Positions 55,901 through 64,000 of a DNA stretch of 64,000 bases are shown one piece after another; positions within the stretch are counted from its first letter, which is position 1, and every line of letters begins with the position of its first letter. The notes beneath the pieces are model-generated. The model was not told the origin of the DNA. It saw nothing but the letters and a program-made list of their open reading frames with translations, and made no database searches. The translations under genes were made by a program, and so were the position numbers. The DNA lies in the NCBI RefSeq assembly GCF_023055435.1, contig NW_025964112.1, forward strand, positions 21,204,001-21,268,000. Direction: 5' to 3'. This DNA comes from Haliotis rufescens (taxonomy: Eukaryota).

Positions 55901-55949
55901 CAACTTTGTAACGAAGATCATGATTGGTCAAAGCAAGATTAAGTCGTAG
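6637..55949 (+). CDS. TNS: Tensin-family gene, 5'-partial, spliced: join(6637..6839,14922..14990,29641..29742,30645..30872,32332..33786,34852..35054,39708..39876,40704..40751,42126..42287,43198..43480,43784..43950,44500..44583,44698..44919,45178..45255,45370..45456,47278..47446,47810..47878,54919..54963,55802..55949)
   Basis: Every junction is GT-AG with matching phase when translated by hand. Tensin hallmarks occur in the expected order: C2 ([35 protein letters not shown]), [33 protein letters not shown]2 ([31 protein letters not shown]), PTB ([48 protein letters not shown]). Confidence 0.95.
9689..10280. mobile_element. Degenerate MITE-like element
   Basis: Starts TA-CAGTAGAGCATGGATATAAC; imperfect inverted match gttatatccgtg near 10250; more CpG than the surroundings. 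Confidence 0.4.
10975..11305. repeat. 74-bp tandem repeat, ~4.5 copies
   Basis: gctctacatagtacccactgttctaatctgtggtcagtgg at 10989, 11063, 11137, 11213 and (degenerate) 11287. Confidence 0.9.
14922..14990 (+). CDS. TNS: Tensin exon, end of C2 domain
   Basis: tgtttcag|AT CCA CGG; [23 protein letters not shown]; donor CAG|gtgagt. Missed by the ORF track. Confidence 0.93.
14988..25574. repeat. Intronic satellite, 54-bp unit, ~195 copies, with higher-order duplications
   Basis: gtgtgtccagcaggggagaacttctatgtccttctactgtataatgtataacta; source of all the minus-strand [17 protein letters not shown] ORFs. Confidence 0.98.
25625..26060 (+). mobile_element. 3' fragment of a non-LTR retrotransposon (CR1/L2-group-like), interrupted by the gap
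   Basis: [33 protein letters not shown] resembles the C-terminal SxHxLxIExGR..RLCxxC motif; (TCTTA)n-like tail at ~26041-26059. Confidence 0.55.
25810..25937. other. Assembly gap (128 N)
   Basis: Run of N. Confidence 1.
29641..29742 (+). CDS. TNS: Tensin exon after C2 domain
   Basis: gaattcag|; (V)[33 protein letters not shown] resembles the tensin LIRWDSY motif; donor A|gtatgt. Alternative acceptor possible at 29646. Confidence 0.88.
30645..30872 (+). CDS. TNS: Tensin exon
   Basis: cctttcag|CT GAT; contains [17 protein letters not shown] (tensin QGPLDGSLYA motif) and SLDSGIS; donor G|gtgact. Confidence 0.88.
32332..33786 (+). CDS. TNS: Tensin large exon, disordered S/P/Q/T-rich middle region
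   Basis: gtattccag|CT ACA; 1455 nt open frame (ORF 32382..33794); LDELLSDL and [10 protein letters not shown] motifs; donor A|gtaagt. Confidence 0.9.
34852..35054 (+). CDS. TNS: Tensin exon (alternative donor possible at 35150)
   Basis: gatttctag|GT GCA; [52 protein letters not shown]; donor AGC|gtgagt, phase 0. Confidence 0.8.
38267..39061 (+). CDS. Candidate alternative first (or cassette) coding exon of tensin, 265 codons, acidic D/E/S-rich
   Basis: Non-repetitive 268-codon ORF in an AT-rich intron; in-frame TGA 30 nt upstream of the ATG; ends CAG|gtagtg in phase 0, matching the phase-0 acceptor at 39708. Confidence 0.5.
39708..39876 (+). CDS. TNS: Tensin exon, proline-rich
   Basis: tttttccag|AGC CAG; [56 protein letters not shown]; donor G|gtacgt. 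The true frame is not one listed in the ORF track. Confidence 0.82.
40704..40751 (+). CDS. TNS: Tensin 48-nt exon
   Basis: gtttctag|TT ACC; [16 protein letters not shown] matches the tensin FPVSPxTPY motif; donor CAG|gtaaaa. Confidence 0.85.
42126..42287 (+). CDS. TNS: Tensin exon (symmetric phase 1-1, skippable)
   Basis: Strong (CT)n tract + cag; [39 protein letters not shown]; donor CAG|gtagac. Confidence 0.8.
43198..43480 (+). CDS. TNS: Tensin exon with polyglutamine tract
   Basis: ggatcag|GT GGC; [16 protein letters not shown]..poly[24 protein letters not shown]; donor AG|gtaaga. Confidence 0.82.
43240..43395 (+). repeat. Coding CAG/CAA repeat (interrupted poly-Q)
   Basis: cagcaacaacagcagcagcaacag.. 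in frame within the exon. Confidence 0.9.
43784..43950 (+). CDS. TNS: Tensin exon preceding SH2
   Basis: gtttcag|C CCC; [38 protein letters not shown]; donor CAG|gtaaca. Confidence 0.85.
44500..44583 (+). CDS. TNS: Tensin exon, start of SH2 domain
   Basis: [28 protein letters not shown]; donor AAG|gtatgt. Confidence 0.95.
44698..44919 (+). CDS. TNS: Tensin exon, SH2 core
   Basis: [56 protein letters not shown]; donor G|gtaaga. Confidence 0.97.
45178..45255 (+). CDS. TNS: Tensin exon, end of SH2
   Basis: [26 protein letters not shown]; donor CAG|gtgagc. Confidence 0.95.
45370..45456 (+). CDS. TNS: Tensin exon, SH2-PTB linker
   Basis: [29 protein letters not shown] (tensin SAAxLLxQGA motif); donor CAG|gtaggt. 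Confidence 0.92.
45756..47121. mobile_element. Non-autonomous foldback DNA transposon with ~425-bp inverted repeats
   Basis: 45759-46185 is the reverse complement of 46701-47120; internal ~33-bp subrepeats (aaaggacgttttcaataaagaacgtcagtgagcac); AACATGTG on both flanks (45748-45755, 47122-47129). Confidence 0.88.
47278..47446 (+). CDS. TNS: Tensin exon, PTB domain
   Basis: [46 protein letters not shown]; donor AA|gtgagt. Confidence 0.96.
47810..47878 (+). CDS. TNS: Tensin exon, PTB domain
   Basis: [23 protein letters not shown]; donor AA|gtaagt. Confidence 0.96.
48373..48572. repeat. DIRS left inverted terminal repeat
   Basis: 48392-48572 is the reverse complement of 54116-54296 with no mismatch seen by eye. 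Confidence 0.95.
48767..48971 (+). pseudogene. DIRS gag-like N-terminal Cys/His finger remnant
   Basis: [31 protein letters not shown] / frameshift / [18 protein letters not shown].. then TAG. Confidence 0.55.
49033..49514. repeat. ~261-bp direct duplication inside the DIRS element
   Basis: gcgagtgtcgcgcga..acttaaWtgagttc at 49033 and 49294. Confidence 0.9.
49574..49790. repeat. 95-bp tandem repeat inside the DIRS element
   Basis: tggccatacaggggtcgatca at 49581 and 49676, variant at 49771; poly-A run follows at 49943-49990. Confidence 0.85.
51285..52305 (+). pseudogene. DIRS pol remnant: reverse transcriptase, RNase H tail, Dam-like methyltransferase domain
   Basis: [31 protein letters not shown]; YIDDFLL at 51430; [15 protein letters not shown]; [30 protein letters not shown]. 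Frameshifts, and the RT N-terminus and RNase H core are missing. Confidence 0.9.
52308..53346 (+). pseudogene. DIRS tyrosine recombinase with one frameshift near 53070
   Basis: [14 protein letters not shown] (R), CPIRAL, then in a shifted frame [18 protein letters not shown] (HxxR)..[16 protein letters not shown] (W, Y), stop at 53344-53346. Confidence 0.92.
53563..53755. promoter_or_regulatory. Cluster of ETS-CRE composite and CRE motifs in the DIRS 3' non-coding region
   Basis: CCGGAAGTGACGTCA at 53563, 53681, 53711; extra TGACGTCA at 53700 and 53730. Confidence 0.55.
53963..54058. other. DIRS internal complementary region (ICR)
   Basis: First half is complementary to the element's left end, second half to the right-end extension; joined at ..gaattATcaaac.. 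Confidence 0.93.
54116..54336. repeat. DIRS right inverted terminal repeat plus extension
   Basis: Reverse complement of the left ITR followed by an extension (..attcacaatgataactattgtttgat) that matches the ICR. Confidence 0.95.
54919..54963 (+). CDS. TNS: Tensin 45-nt exon, PTB domain
   Basis: ggttgtag|G TGG AAG; [15 protein letters not shown]; donor AA|gtgagt; phase 2-2 fits both neighbours. Confidence 0.88.
55603..55740 (+). mobile_element. Degenerate tRNA-derived SINE remnant
   Basis: A-box-like tagccaagtggttaa; 3' end gatatggctggattatttccaaaagtggcataaac + actca tail resembles the tail at 6255-6290; a similar remnant at ~54490-54685. Confidence 0.45.
55802..55949 (+). CDS. TNS: Tensin last coding exon, end of PTB
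   Basis: [49 protein letters not shown]. Confidence 0.97.
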
Positions 55950-58900
55950 GATCTGATTGGACAACAGCTGGTTCCAAGATTCTCTAGCACGAGCTGTGTA
56001 CTAGCCTTGCTACTCGTCTTTCATTGCCATTGGAGGGAAATTTATTTGATATTACCATCGCTTGGTTGTTACATGACTGCTTTGTTAGGCTTGTGTATTG
56101 ATGAGGAACAGGTTGTGCAAGGGCAATTAGCACATGGAGGATGCAGATTTGGTTGTGCAGGTGTTTCCACATGCAGATCTATGTAAAGGGAACTTTATTC
56201 AAAGAATCTTTTTTGCTCTTGGTTTGTTTTTCCTACTTGCCAAATTTTAACTCTTTTTGGTGTGAACAGAAAGTTATGTGAAAAGGGTTAAGGAGATTTT
56301 GGAGCAAGTATGTAATATCCTGCTAAAACATGCTGAAATATCATGGCCCAAACCTTGCCGGAAGTGTTTAGATTCAACCATGAACCAAGGGGTCATCATG
56401 TGCTATATACTTGTTGGCATATTGTATGGTGAGATATTCATGTTGAAATTGTGTAGATATTTTTCACACATACTAGAAGTTGTTTAAAGTTTTTAACAAT
56501 TTGGGAACCCTTGCTGATTTCGCTGTAACACCCCAGTTTGGCTAATATTGTTGTATATGATCAAGCATTTAAGCTTTTTAACCCTAAAAGTGCTATTCTG
56601 TTATGCAAGTAACATGTATGAAGGGTTAAACTCCCCAAAGAAACTGCCAAAGGGCAGATAGCCGATAAGGAACTGCCCTTCTCGAAATTGTACAAATATA
56701 TTATCCATCCGTTGCCTTTTGTCATTTAAAGTGCTAAATGTCGGTTTATTTACCTCGTATATATATTTGTACTGTATGATCAGTTTAACTTAAGCTCATA
56801 CGAGAAGTTTTGGCTAGGTAATATATTTTGAATCTTGTAAGTTAAAAAAAACATTGTAGACTTGTGTTTGTTTGTTACTGGATATTCTACATATAGATTA
56901 AGGCTATGCCAGCTTCTTGTGTGAATAAATTCTCTGTATATTGTTGTCTCATGTAGAAAGTGAAATATATGTCAGTTGTTGTCATGTAGATACGGACAGA
57001 AGGTCAAGGACAACCACAAAATGGGCAAACTGTTGTCCTTATGTTTGAAATGTATGCTGAAAGTCTTATAATGAGTTTGACCTTAATGTACCTCGTCTGC
57101 TATGTCTCCACAATGTATTGGTGCTATTAAACTCATTCTATGGGAGACACTCTTGATGGACTGAAATTGACAGGTAAGTGTGAAATGACTACCAGGCAAT
57201 AACAATGTATACAGGTCAGTAACTGTGGCCGGACATATATTTACTGTAGGCATTTCTGTAGTGAAATGGACTTGATTTATACATTACATTGATATTGTCT
57301 GTAATGTACAGCCTCATGTTAGGTGCTTGACTAGATTCCTGTCTGTGTATAAATATGTTCATATATCGATTGAGTGATGCTAACGTGTAACACACTCATG
57401 ACCTTAACCTACAATGATGTGGCTACTACCCACAATGCAAGAGCAAAACACTGACCCTGACCTTGAGGAGTGGGCTTATTGTTCATGGCATTTCATTCGA
57501 ATGGGATAACTAGTTTGAAATCATTGTGGCCTTATTCGTAATGCAGGTCAAAGTTGAAAGGTCATTTTACGTACACTACACCATATAGGCAGCCGAGCTT
57601 GCTTCTGTAATATATTATACATACATATATATTTACGTATGTTTCAAGGTTGTAGCATTGCTTTAAATGGATTTCTTGTTACTGATGAATATTTGCATCT
57701 AGTGTATTTATGTAATCGATGGCACCGACTTCGTTGAAGTGCAATGGTATCATCGATCATGTGACCACTCTTTGTGATCACTTGATCATGATTTTACGGT
57801 AGTGAGCCATTTTATGATATAGCTGTGTATAGCTCTATATTAACTTAATTGTTGTTGGTTCTTTATAGCATTGTGTTCTGATGGCATGGTTGAGTTATTG
57901 TCCTGAGTTTACTGTAGCAGGATTATTTTATTAGAGTTATCAGTTGCATGCCTCTCCACCTAGACAAACATCGTTTCCAGTGCACTTTTGTGGGTATTTC
58001 TTCAACTAAATATTCACATCTTTGCCACACTCAAAACCACCACCTGTGACTTTGGGTTGGGTGAATGTAATTTTAACTCAGTTTGGATCTGATATTTTGA
58101 GATTATGGTCAGAACAAAGTATAGATTGACGACTTTTAACCCCAAAGTTACTTTTTATTTAAAGTTTGTATCTTCTCTGTGCCATGTAATAGCGGTGATG
58201 CCACAAGCTACCTGTTCAAAGTAAATTACATATACACTACTACTTACTACAGTTAGAAGGCGTTTATTTATTCAACAAAATTGTAGTTATTCATTAGTGG
58301 TTGGCAAGGGCAGACAATGATGCAGTCAGCAGAATGTGGAAGCCAGTTAACTAGGTCAGTGTGACCTACTTCCTTGTGACTTGGTCACCATGAAAGTTCT
58401 TAGGTAGTAGGGTCAGTGTGATCAATTTTTAGTGTGACCTGATTCCATGCCATAAGGGTCAAGTTGATTTATTTCATTGGAAGTTGGGTTAAAGTTACCT
58501 AGTTCTCTTGATTTAGGTCAATGTGACCTACTTCCATGATGATGAAGGTTACAGAGATATTTATTACAATATAGGTCATAATAGGGATAGTGAATTTTAC
58601 TGACATTTATGAGTGGTGAGGGAAATACTATTGCAGTAGATATTTCCATGTAATGCTTCCCAAATATCGTGATAATAATGGCAAACCAAATTGTGGTTCA
58701 GACATAATAACAGATCTGGGAAATTGGGCATATCCAATGTTGAGAAAATCTAAAGATGTTATACATATACAGTACCTTTTTGATCTTACAAACCACTGCA
58801 ATAGGTATCTCAAAAACGTCTCCCAATTTTGTGAAACATACAATATTACATATTAGATGTATGATATATATAATACGCATGCGGCCAGACGACAAGGATT

Positions 58901-59330
58901 TAAATATTTGTCAATAAAACCACAAACAAGCTTCACTAAAGATTGGGCATCAGCTTTGTCCAAAGAACAATCTTATCAATCTGTGTCAAATCAGAAACTT
59001 GTAAAATGAATCTTGTTAAAGTTGCCAGTGATTTCTGAATTTTGATGCAGTGAAGGCAACAGGAATGAAGTGTACTGAATGGTTGAGCCCAATCTTTAGT
59101 TTCTGTCCCTCCAAGTGTTACCAAGGCTGAAGGAGGGCAGAAAGCTCACAGAGGCGGTCGCCATGTTTGACCGACCCTCTAGTTGGCCAAGAAGTATAAT
59201 GTATGTATGTACACAGTACTGCTATCTTAAAATAGCTTCGTAGTTGGAACTGATGGAGTGTTTATCTATTCCGTTACTGCATCGGAGAAGTGATATCACT
59301 ATGAATAAATCATCTTTGTATAAATCTTTG
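55950..59330 (+). other. Probable long 3' UTR of tensin
   Basis: AU/GU-rich and largely free of intact repeats; AATAAA at 56924, 58913 and 59304. Confidence 0.5.
59304..59309 (+). terminator. Candidate polyadenylation signal
   Basis: AATAAA followed ~20 nt later by a GT/T-rich tract (tttgtttgttttcttttcc). Confidence 0.45.
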
Positions 59331-60123
59331 TTTGTTTTCTTTTCCTTTCAGATTGGGAATGAATGACAATATGTAGACAATGCCCATTTGCACTTAGTGA
59401 TACTTAGTCCCTTGACTATAAGTCTGTTTTAAGTTATGAGAGTTTGGACTGTCATAGCACTACATTCTATTTGTGAATGTGATTTCTTTGAACAGTATTT
59501 CTATTGTATCATGGCCGGTCACATGAAGCCCATGAGTGACACAGGTCACGGCCATTTACGATTTAGTGAAACCCACGAGCAAGGATTATTACTGGGACAA
59601 ATATGAGATATGAACACATGACCAGCGGACCCCGGATATGGAAGTAACTGTGCACAGCCAACTAAGCACCTCATGCCACGGTGTCCCCTGTGCTCATTCA
59701 TGGAGAGTAAGTCTGAAAGACTGAACCCACTGGTTGCTTGTGTTGGCAGTCACCCACAATTTCAAGATGTTCATCTTTTCATATAAAAAGTGACATGGTA
59801 AACTTAATCTATTTAAAGTCAAACTGCACATACTACTTGATCTCATTTGCATAAACTCAATACAAAAACTTATCCATAATCATTAATATTTAAAGAAAAA
59901 GCAGTCTTTTGAAACAAAGCCAAACAAATGCAGAGTTTTTATTATGTATGACTATTGTTACCGAAAATAATCGAGTTAATAAAAATTGTATGTGTATTAG
60001 TGCAAATATCACTTCATGCGCACCAGTATATATAGTTTACATCATCCATTGTTGGCATCATTTGAATGTTATTGTGAAATATAAGATAGCTACACAAGAA
60101 ATCGCAAAGAATGAAGCATGACA

Positions 60124-61565
60124 TTATTATCCCCCGCCGCGCGAAAGCGCGAAGCGGGGGATATAGTATTCACGACCGTCCGTCCGTCCGTACGTCCGTC
60201 CGTCCGTACGTCCCACCTGTTTGTTGCCGCGATATCTCAAGAACTAAACACTGGATTGTCTTCATATTTGGAACTATGGTGTATATACAGACTCCGCAGA
60301 CACCAGTCGGTTTTGGTGACCTTGATCCCATTTTCAAGGTCACAGCAGACAAATCTGCTTTTAGAGTTGGAAAACGGTGTTGCCGCGATATCTCAAGAAC
60401 TAAACACTGGATTGTCTTCATATTTGGAACTATGGTGTATATACAGACTCCGCAGACACCAGTCGGTTTTGGTGACCTTGATCCCATTTTCAAGGTCACA
60501 GCAGACAAATCTGCTTTTAGAGTTGGAAAACGGTGTTGCCGCGATATCTCAAGAACTAAACACTGGATTGTCTTCATATTTGGAACTATGGTGTATATAC
60601 AGACACCGCAGACACCAGTCGGTTTTGGTGACCTTGACCCCATTTTCAAGGTCACAGCAGGCAAATCTGCTTTTGGAGTTGGAAAACGGTGTTGCCGCGA
60701 TATCTCAAGAACTAAACACTGGATTGTCTTCATATTTGGAACTATGGTGTATATACAGACTCCGCAGACACCAGTCGGTTTTGGTGACCTTGATCCCATT
60801 TTCAAGGTCACAGCAGACAAATCTGCTTTTAGAGTTGGAAAACGGTGTTGCCGCGATATCTCAAGAACTGAACACTGGATTGTCTTCATATTTGGAACTA
60901 TGGTGTATATACAGACACCGCAGACACCAGTCGGTTTTGGTGACCTTGACCCCATTTTCAAGGTCACAGCAGGCAAATCTGCTTTTAGAGTTGGAAAACG
61001 GTGTTGCCGCGATATCTCAAGAACTAAACACTGGATTGTCTTCATATTTGGAACTATAGTGTATATACAGACTCCGCAGACACCAGTCGGTTTTGGTGAC
61101 CTTGATCCCATTTTCAAGGTCACAGCAGGCAAATCTGCTTTTAGAGTTGGAAAACGGTGTTGCCGCGATATCTCAAGAACTAAACCTCTCGATTGTCTTC
61201 ATATTTGGAACTATGGTGTATATACAGACACCAGTCGGTTTTGGTGACCTTGACCCCATTTTCAAGGTCACAGCAGGCAAATCTGCTTTTGGAGTTGGAA
61301 AACGGTGTTGCCGCGATATCTCAAGAACTAATCGCTGGATTGTCTTCATATTTGGAACTATAGTGTATATACAGACACCGCATACACCTGTCAGATTTGG
61401 TGACCTTGGCCCCATTTTCAAGGTCACAGCAGGCAAATCTGTTTTTGGAGTTGGAAAACGGTGTTGCCACAATATCTCAAGAACTAATCGCTGGATTGTC
61501 TTCATATTTGGTACTATGGTGTATATGGCGGGGGATATTTCGTCACTCTGTGACAAATACTTGTT
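60124..61565 (+). mobile_element. Helentron/DINE-1-like non-autonomous element carrying ~8.3 copies of a 156-bp repeat
   Basis: 5' atcccccgc..gcgggggat stem, (GTCC)n microsatellite, 156-bp tandem array, 3' gcgggggata subterminal inverted repeat, terminal hairpin gtcac-tct-gtgac, T-rich ends. Confidence 0.8.
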
Positions 61566-62207
61566 TCTAGAGAGTCGGAACATATACTCACAACTTGATG
61601 ACATTGTCTCCAGACATTGTAAATTGGATGACATTATTATTGACAGGGAATTGTCTGGTGAGTTGTTCCCCATAGATGTAGGTGGGCAAAACAGATAAAA
61701 GCTATGGCCGAACGATCGCATCCAAGGGCAAGATATGACTATCGGTATTAGGAAAAAGGTACACGACAATCAACATGAAAACTCTGAGAATATCTGAGAA
61801 ATACCAAACTTAACCCCCTTGTTCATAAAATAGCCTTGTCCAACATTGCCGATGTTGGATTGTATTCCGTGAGTAATCATTATTTAAATACAGGTAAATA
61901 TTTTTAAAGCTTGTACATTTTATTAACATTGTAGGCTGTACATAATGTTGATATCTCAATATAATGACTCATGGTCGTTGTTTGCTGTACAATAAAACAC
62001 TGCAGACAGTGCCTCTCATTGTTTATTCTCCCAACAGTGTTTTAGTGTACAATAAACAATGACCACAAGTCGTTTATTTCTTAAATAAGGTTGCGATCAG
62101 TGCACTTTTCTAAAGGGGAGCTCGAAAAGATAAGGAACTAATTGGTAAAAGAAATTATTACACTCAACATACTGATTTTACAAAACTTGTGTAAGAATTC
62201 ATATATA

Positions 62208-63258
62208 CTCTGCAAAAAAAGTGATGCCAATATCCATAGTAATACCTAAAATGAATTCGGCATTTCTGCATGGATTGGGATTGATTTGTGTGGAAAAAAT
62301 TAGGTACTGCAGCAATTTTGTGGAAAGATGGAAAAATCGCAAAAACAAAACCACGTGGGAGCCAAGCGCCGAAACACACCAACATGAAATGCACTTGCAA
62401 CATCACTTGTTGGGCTGTAGAAATGTGTTTTCATTTGCATGCCATCATAACTTTACAGCAATTGAACAGCGCAAACATGCAACTGATGGAAGCCAAATGC
62501 AACAACGCCATCGGCTGACTGCATACACGGGAATCATCTTCGGCCATAGCCAGGATTTCCACGTTACACTAAGCACCATTACAAGACTGGAACCATTATC
62601 AGACACACCGGACAACACTTGACCTTCCCAGATCCGGTCGACCACATATCACAACTTGAGCACAAGACAGATTCATACGCCTGTCACTTATGTGACAGAA
62701 CTACCACGGCCACCTCTACAACTACGGCAATACAATCATTGTGTATGATATCAGCCCAGAAATTCAAGGGTATTTAACGGCACATCGTTACACGGGGGAG
62801 ACAAACAAACGAACAAACGAACGTCATTTTCCAAAAAGACAACACCGGACCTCACATGGCAAGACTGACAACAGCCTTTTTGAGGAATCCCACATCCAGG
62901 TCCTGCCATGGCCTTCAAGGTATCAAGATTTAACCCAATCAAACATTTATGGGATGCACTGGATCAACGCCTGCGACAACCACAGAACCTCTTGACAGTT
63001 GGCACAAGCATTGGAGTGGGTGAACATTCCCAAGGCCACATTTCAGGATCTGATTGCCTCCATGGGACGACAGTCAGTTTTTTACTCTAATGGTTGATAT
63101 TGAGCACAGATGACCTTCTCCTTGAATACTAGTATCTACTGTGCCATATGGAATCTGGGTCAATGAGAATGATGTTCACAGATTTTGAACAATCGATTAC
63201 CATCAGTTGATCATATATATGATATATAAAACATACTTCTAAAATCACTTTTGCATAG
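62208..63258 (+). mobile_element. Degenerate Tc1/mariner transposon
   Basis: TA-flanked TIRs (ctctgcaaaaaaagtgat / atcacttttgcatag); transposase remnants FQKDNTGPHMAR and VLPWPSRYQDLNPIKHLWDALDQRLR (QDNARPH and WPxxSPDLNPIEHLW motifs). Confidence 0.88.
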
Positions 63259-64000
63259 TATACTACCCATGCTCTTTCTAGTTTAAGTACAACAATTGTT
63301 ACTCATGAAGTAAGAAGAGTCTGGTTGTCTTGATTATCTCCCAAAACAAATTTCTTTGGGTGTAAAAGGGAAAACAGCAGTGAAAATTATATCGATGTGA
63401 AGTTACATGAAACATGACTTTTCCATTGGACGAGAGATCTGTCACATGACTACACAACTGAAGTTCATGAGTGTCTGAATGACACAGATTGACGTTCATT
63501 CATTTTTCATGTGACTGTATTCTTGAAAGGACATAAACACTGACAGACTACATCCACATTCCTGAGGAAACCCCTAGAAATTCCCTAACACAAATACATA
63601 CAGAAGCATAGTTTCTGATCATTTAGACCCTTAAATCTTGAACTTACTGTTTAAGAATACATAGGGATAAGTCAGAGTTTGATTGCATGCCCGTTCAAGG
63701 ATATCCTCGCTACAACCCAGCCTACAGAACATAAAAAAGAAAACCACATCCAACTATTGTAGTATTGACTCAGTCCGTGTCTCGACTAGTGACAGATAGA
63801 TAAAAAGGTAAACTGCTGTAGACTTACACATCTTTACAACCACCTTTCAATGATTAGCCAAATGATCAGTGATGACTAACACATGTAATAGCCACAGGTT
63901 CATTAACAATTCATTAACATCATTCAGGGATGTGAGCAGGTTTTCCGGAAAAAAAAAGAGGAAATGTCTAGGGGGGTCTGGGGGCTTGCCAGAAATGTTT

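Noticed and set aside
58340-58535. Repeated ggtcagtgtgacctacttcc motifs in the 3' UTR as a regulatory element
   Set aside because: Degenerate and most likely an old repeat remnant; no support for function from sequence alone.
60111-61769. 378, 313 and 320 aa repeat ORFs
   Set aside because: Open in several frames and on both strands because of the 156-bp unit; the structure is that of a non-autonomous element.

Overview
This is eukaryotic, AT-rich, intron-rich animal DNA, probably from a mollusc (inferred from the repeat types). It is not prokaryotic, and there is no CRISPR array, rRNA or intact tRNA gene. Almost the whole window is the 3' part of one + strand tensin-family gene. I assembled 19 GT-AG coding exons in consistent phase from 6637 to the stop at 55949. 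They encode the end of the PTEN-type C2 domain, a long disordered middle with an LD motif and poly-Q, then SH2 and PTB domains, followed by a probable ~3.4 kb 3' UTR. The 5' exons lie upstream of the window. Intron contents: (1) a ~10.6 kb 54-bp satellite that starts at a splice donor and has higher-order structure; (2) several minisatellites and SINE/LINE remnants; (3) a 1.37 kb foldback element; (4) a structurally complete but coding-decayed DIRS1-type tyrosine-recombinase retrotransposon (48373-54336) with identical ITRs, an internal complementary region, and ETS-CRE and NRF1-type motifs. A 268-codon acidic ORF in one intron can splice in frame into the SH2-PTB half and may be an alternative first exon. 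Downstream are a Helentron-like non-autonomous element with 156-bp repeats and a Tc1 remnant. Most long ORFs in the supplied track are tandem-repeat artefacts. I cannot support a wholly new biological system; the best leads are listed as findings.
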